From positions 29,977,572-30,027,248 of the forward strand of contig NC_069002.1 of assembly GCF_001194135.2 (NCBI RefSeq): 49,677 nt of DNA, given 5' to 3'. Shown one piece after another: positions 48,355-49,677 of this stretch; positions within the stretch are counted from its first letter, which is position 1; every line of letters begins with the position of its first letter. The notes under the pieces were generated by a model. The model was given only the letters and a program-made list of their open reading frames with translations. It did no database searches and was not told the origin of the DNA. This DNA is from Octopus bimaculoides. Taxonomy: Eukaryota. Made by a program: the position numbers and the translations under genes.

Positions 48355-49261
48355 NNNNNNNNNNNNNNNNNNNNNNNNNNNNNNNNNNNNNNNNNNNNNN
48401 NNNNNNNNNNNNNNNNNNNNNNNNNNNNNNNNNNNNNNNNNNNNNNNNNNNNNNNNNNNNNNNNNNNNNNNNNNNNNNNNNNNNNNNNNNNNNNNNNNNN
48501 NNNNNNNNNNNNNNNNNNNNNNNNNNNNNNNNNNNNNNNNNNNNNNNNNNNNNNNNNNNNNNNNNNNNNNNNNNNNNNNNNNNNNNNNNNNNNNNNNNNN
48601 NNNNNNNNNNNNNNNNNNNNNNNNNNNNNNNNNNNNNNNNNNNNNNNNNNNNNNNNNNNNNNNNNNNNNNNNNNNNNNNNNNNNNNNNNNNNNNNNNNNN
48701 NNNNNNNNNNNNNNNNNNGTGGTGGTGGTGGTGGTGGTGGTGGTGGCGGTGGTGGGTTTGTATTCCTCAGACACGTGTACTCTTAATACAACTCTCAGAA
48801 GATCTTGACTGGCACAATATATCACACGGTTGTTGAACCTCATGAATTACCGGTGAAACCTACCCGGCAGGCTTCCATACAATTTCCATTTACCCGTTAT
48901 CATTCACTAGATTATAGGTCGAGGTGGCGTTATACGAAATAGCATTTGCCCAAGATGCCACGAGGTCCTCGGGTCGAATTCCAAGACCTCGTATTTGCAT
49001 AGTATATTTCTTACCCATTTGACCATACTGGGTCTCCTCTGTGAGAATCATAACATGCACATTTGATATATATGCCTTAAAATGGCGGTGTGTTCTTTTA
49101 ATAATTGACCGAAGTTTAACCAATTATCCGTTGGTTAATCAAAAGGTGCAGCCTTCACACTGACATTCGAAAACCTTGTTAGCCAGGTTCCTGCATGAAG
49201 TACTTTTGAGGTGTCGCCTGGATTTCACCTATCTCGCCCCCAATTATTATGTGTGAGCGTA

Positions 49262-49301
<40 letters not shown>

Positions 49302-49475
49302 CGCGCGCGTGTATGTGTATTCTCTGTTTATTTTTTCTTATTTCTTTCTGCTGAAGAGCGTAGGCTCGAAATGTAAAAGACTCATTCATTTTTCCCGAGC
49401 ATCAAACTAATACACTTGCTTGTTATTCAAACATCTGTCTTTGTCTTTCATTTTTCTATAAATTTCAACTATACA

Positions 49476-49518
<43 letters not shown>

Positions 49519-49677
49519 GTGTGTGTTTGTATATACCTGTGTTTGTATGTATGTATGCATGTATGTATATATATTAAGGTCTGCAAATCTAATGGAGGTT
49601 TTTAACAAAACTGTCCGACGAAGGGGACGGTGAAACTCTGAGTTACAGCTTTTGTTATATTTCTGGTGCTTTTAAAT

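Overview
AT-rich, microsatellite-dense animal genomic DNA with about 20 scaffold gaps. The SINE/LINE content and (TA/TG/CATA)n density point to an octopus draft assembly (inference). The only host gene I can support is an ADAMTSL2-like extracellular-matrix gene, found as eight spliceable exons in two opposed groups. Four + strand exons (63-270, 2161-2316, 3350-3523, 5520-5699) encode consecutive TSP1 repeats, including the ADAMTSL2-type motif RCWRMLAPGFDSSV...CGPQWEMSTWSTC. Four - strand exons (43066-42986, 39758-39583, 38328-37515, 16888-16784) encode the ADAMTS spacer domain, a long basic N-glycan-site-rich linker and the first half of the preceding TSP1 repeat. The two groups do not overlap in protein content and look like the N- and C-terminal parts of one protein pointing at each other. 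A mis-oriented scaffold block is the most likely cause, but a real inversion, paralog pair or trans-splicing cannot be excluded from sequence alone. The rest is intronic. It holds at least four tRNA-headed SINE families; decayed LINE fragments (R4/Dong-like, CRE-like, Tx1/L1, CR1/L2, Penelope); a Helentron/DINE-1-like element; Penelope-type minimal hammerhead ribozyme motifs next to fold-back structures; and a SINE with a 100-bp flanking duplication. Most ORFs in the supplied track are microsatellite or N-gap artefacts. Exon boundaries were read base by base; most repeat boundaries are approximate.
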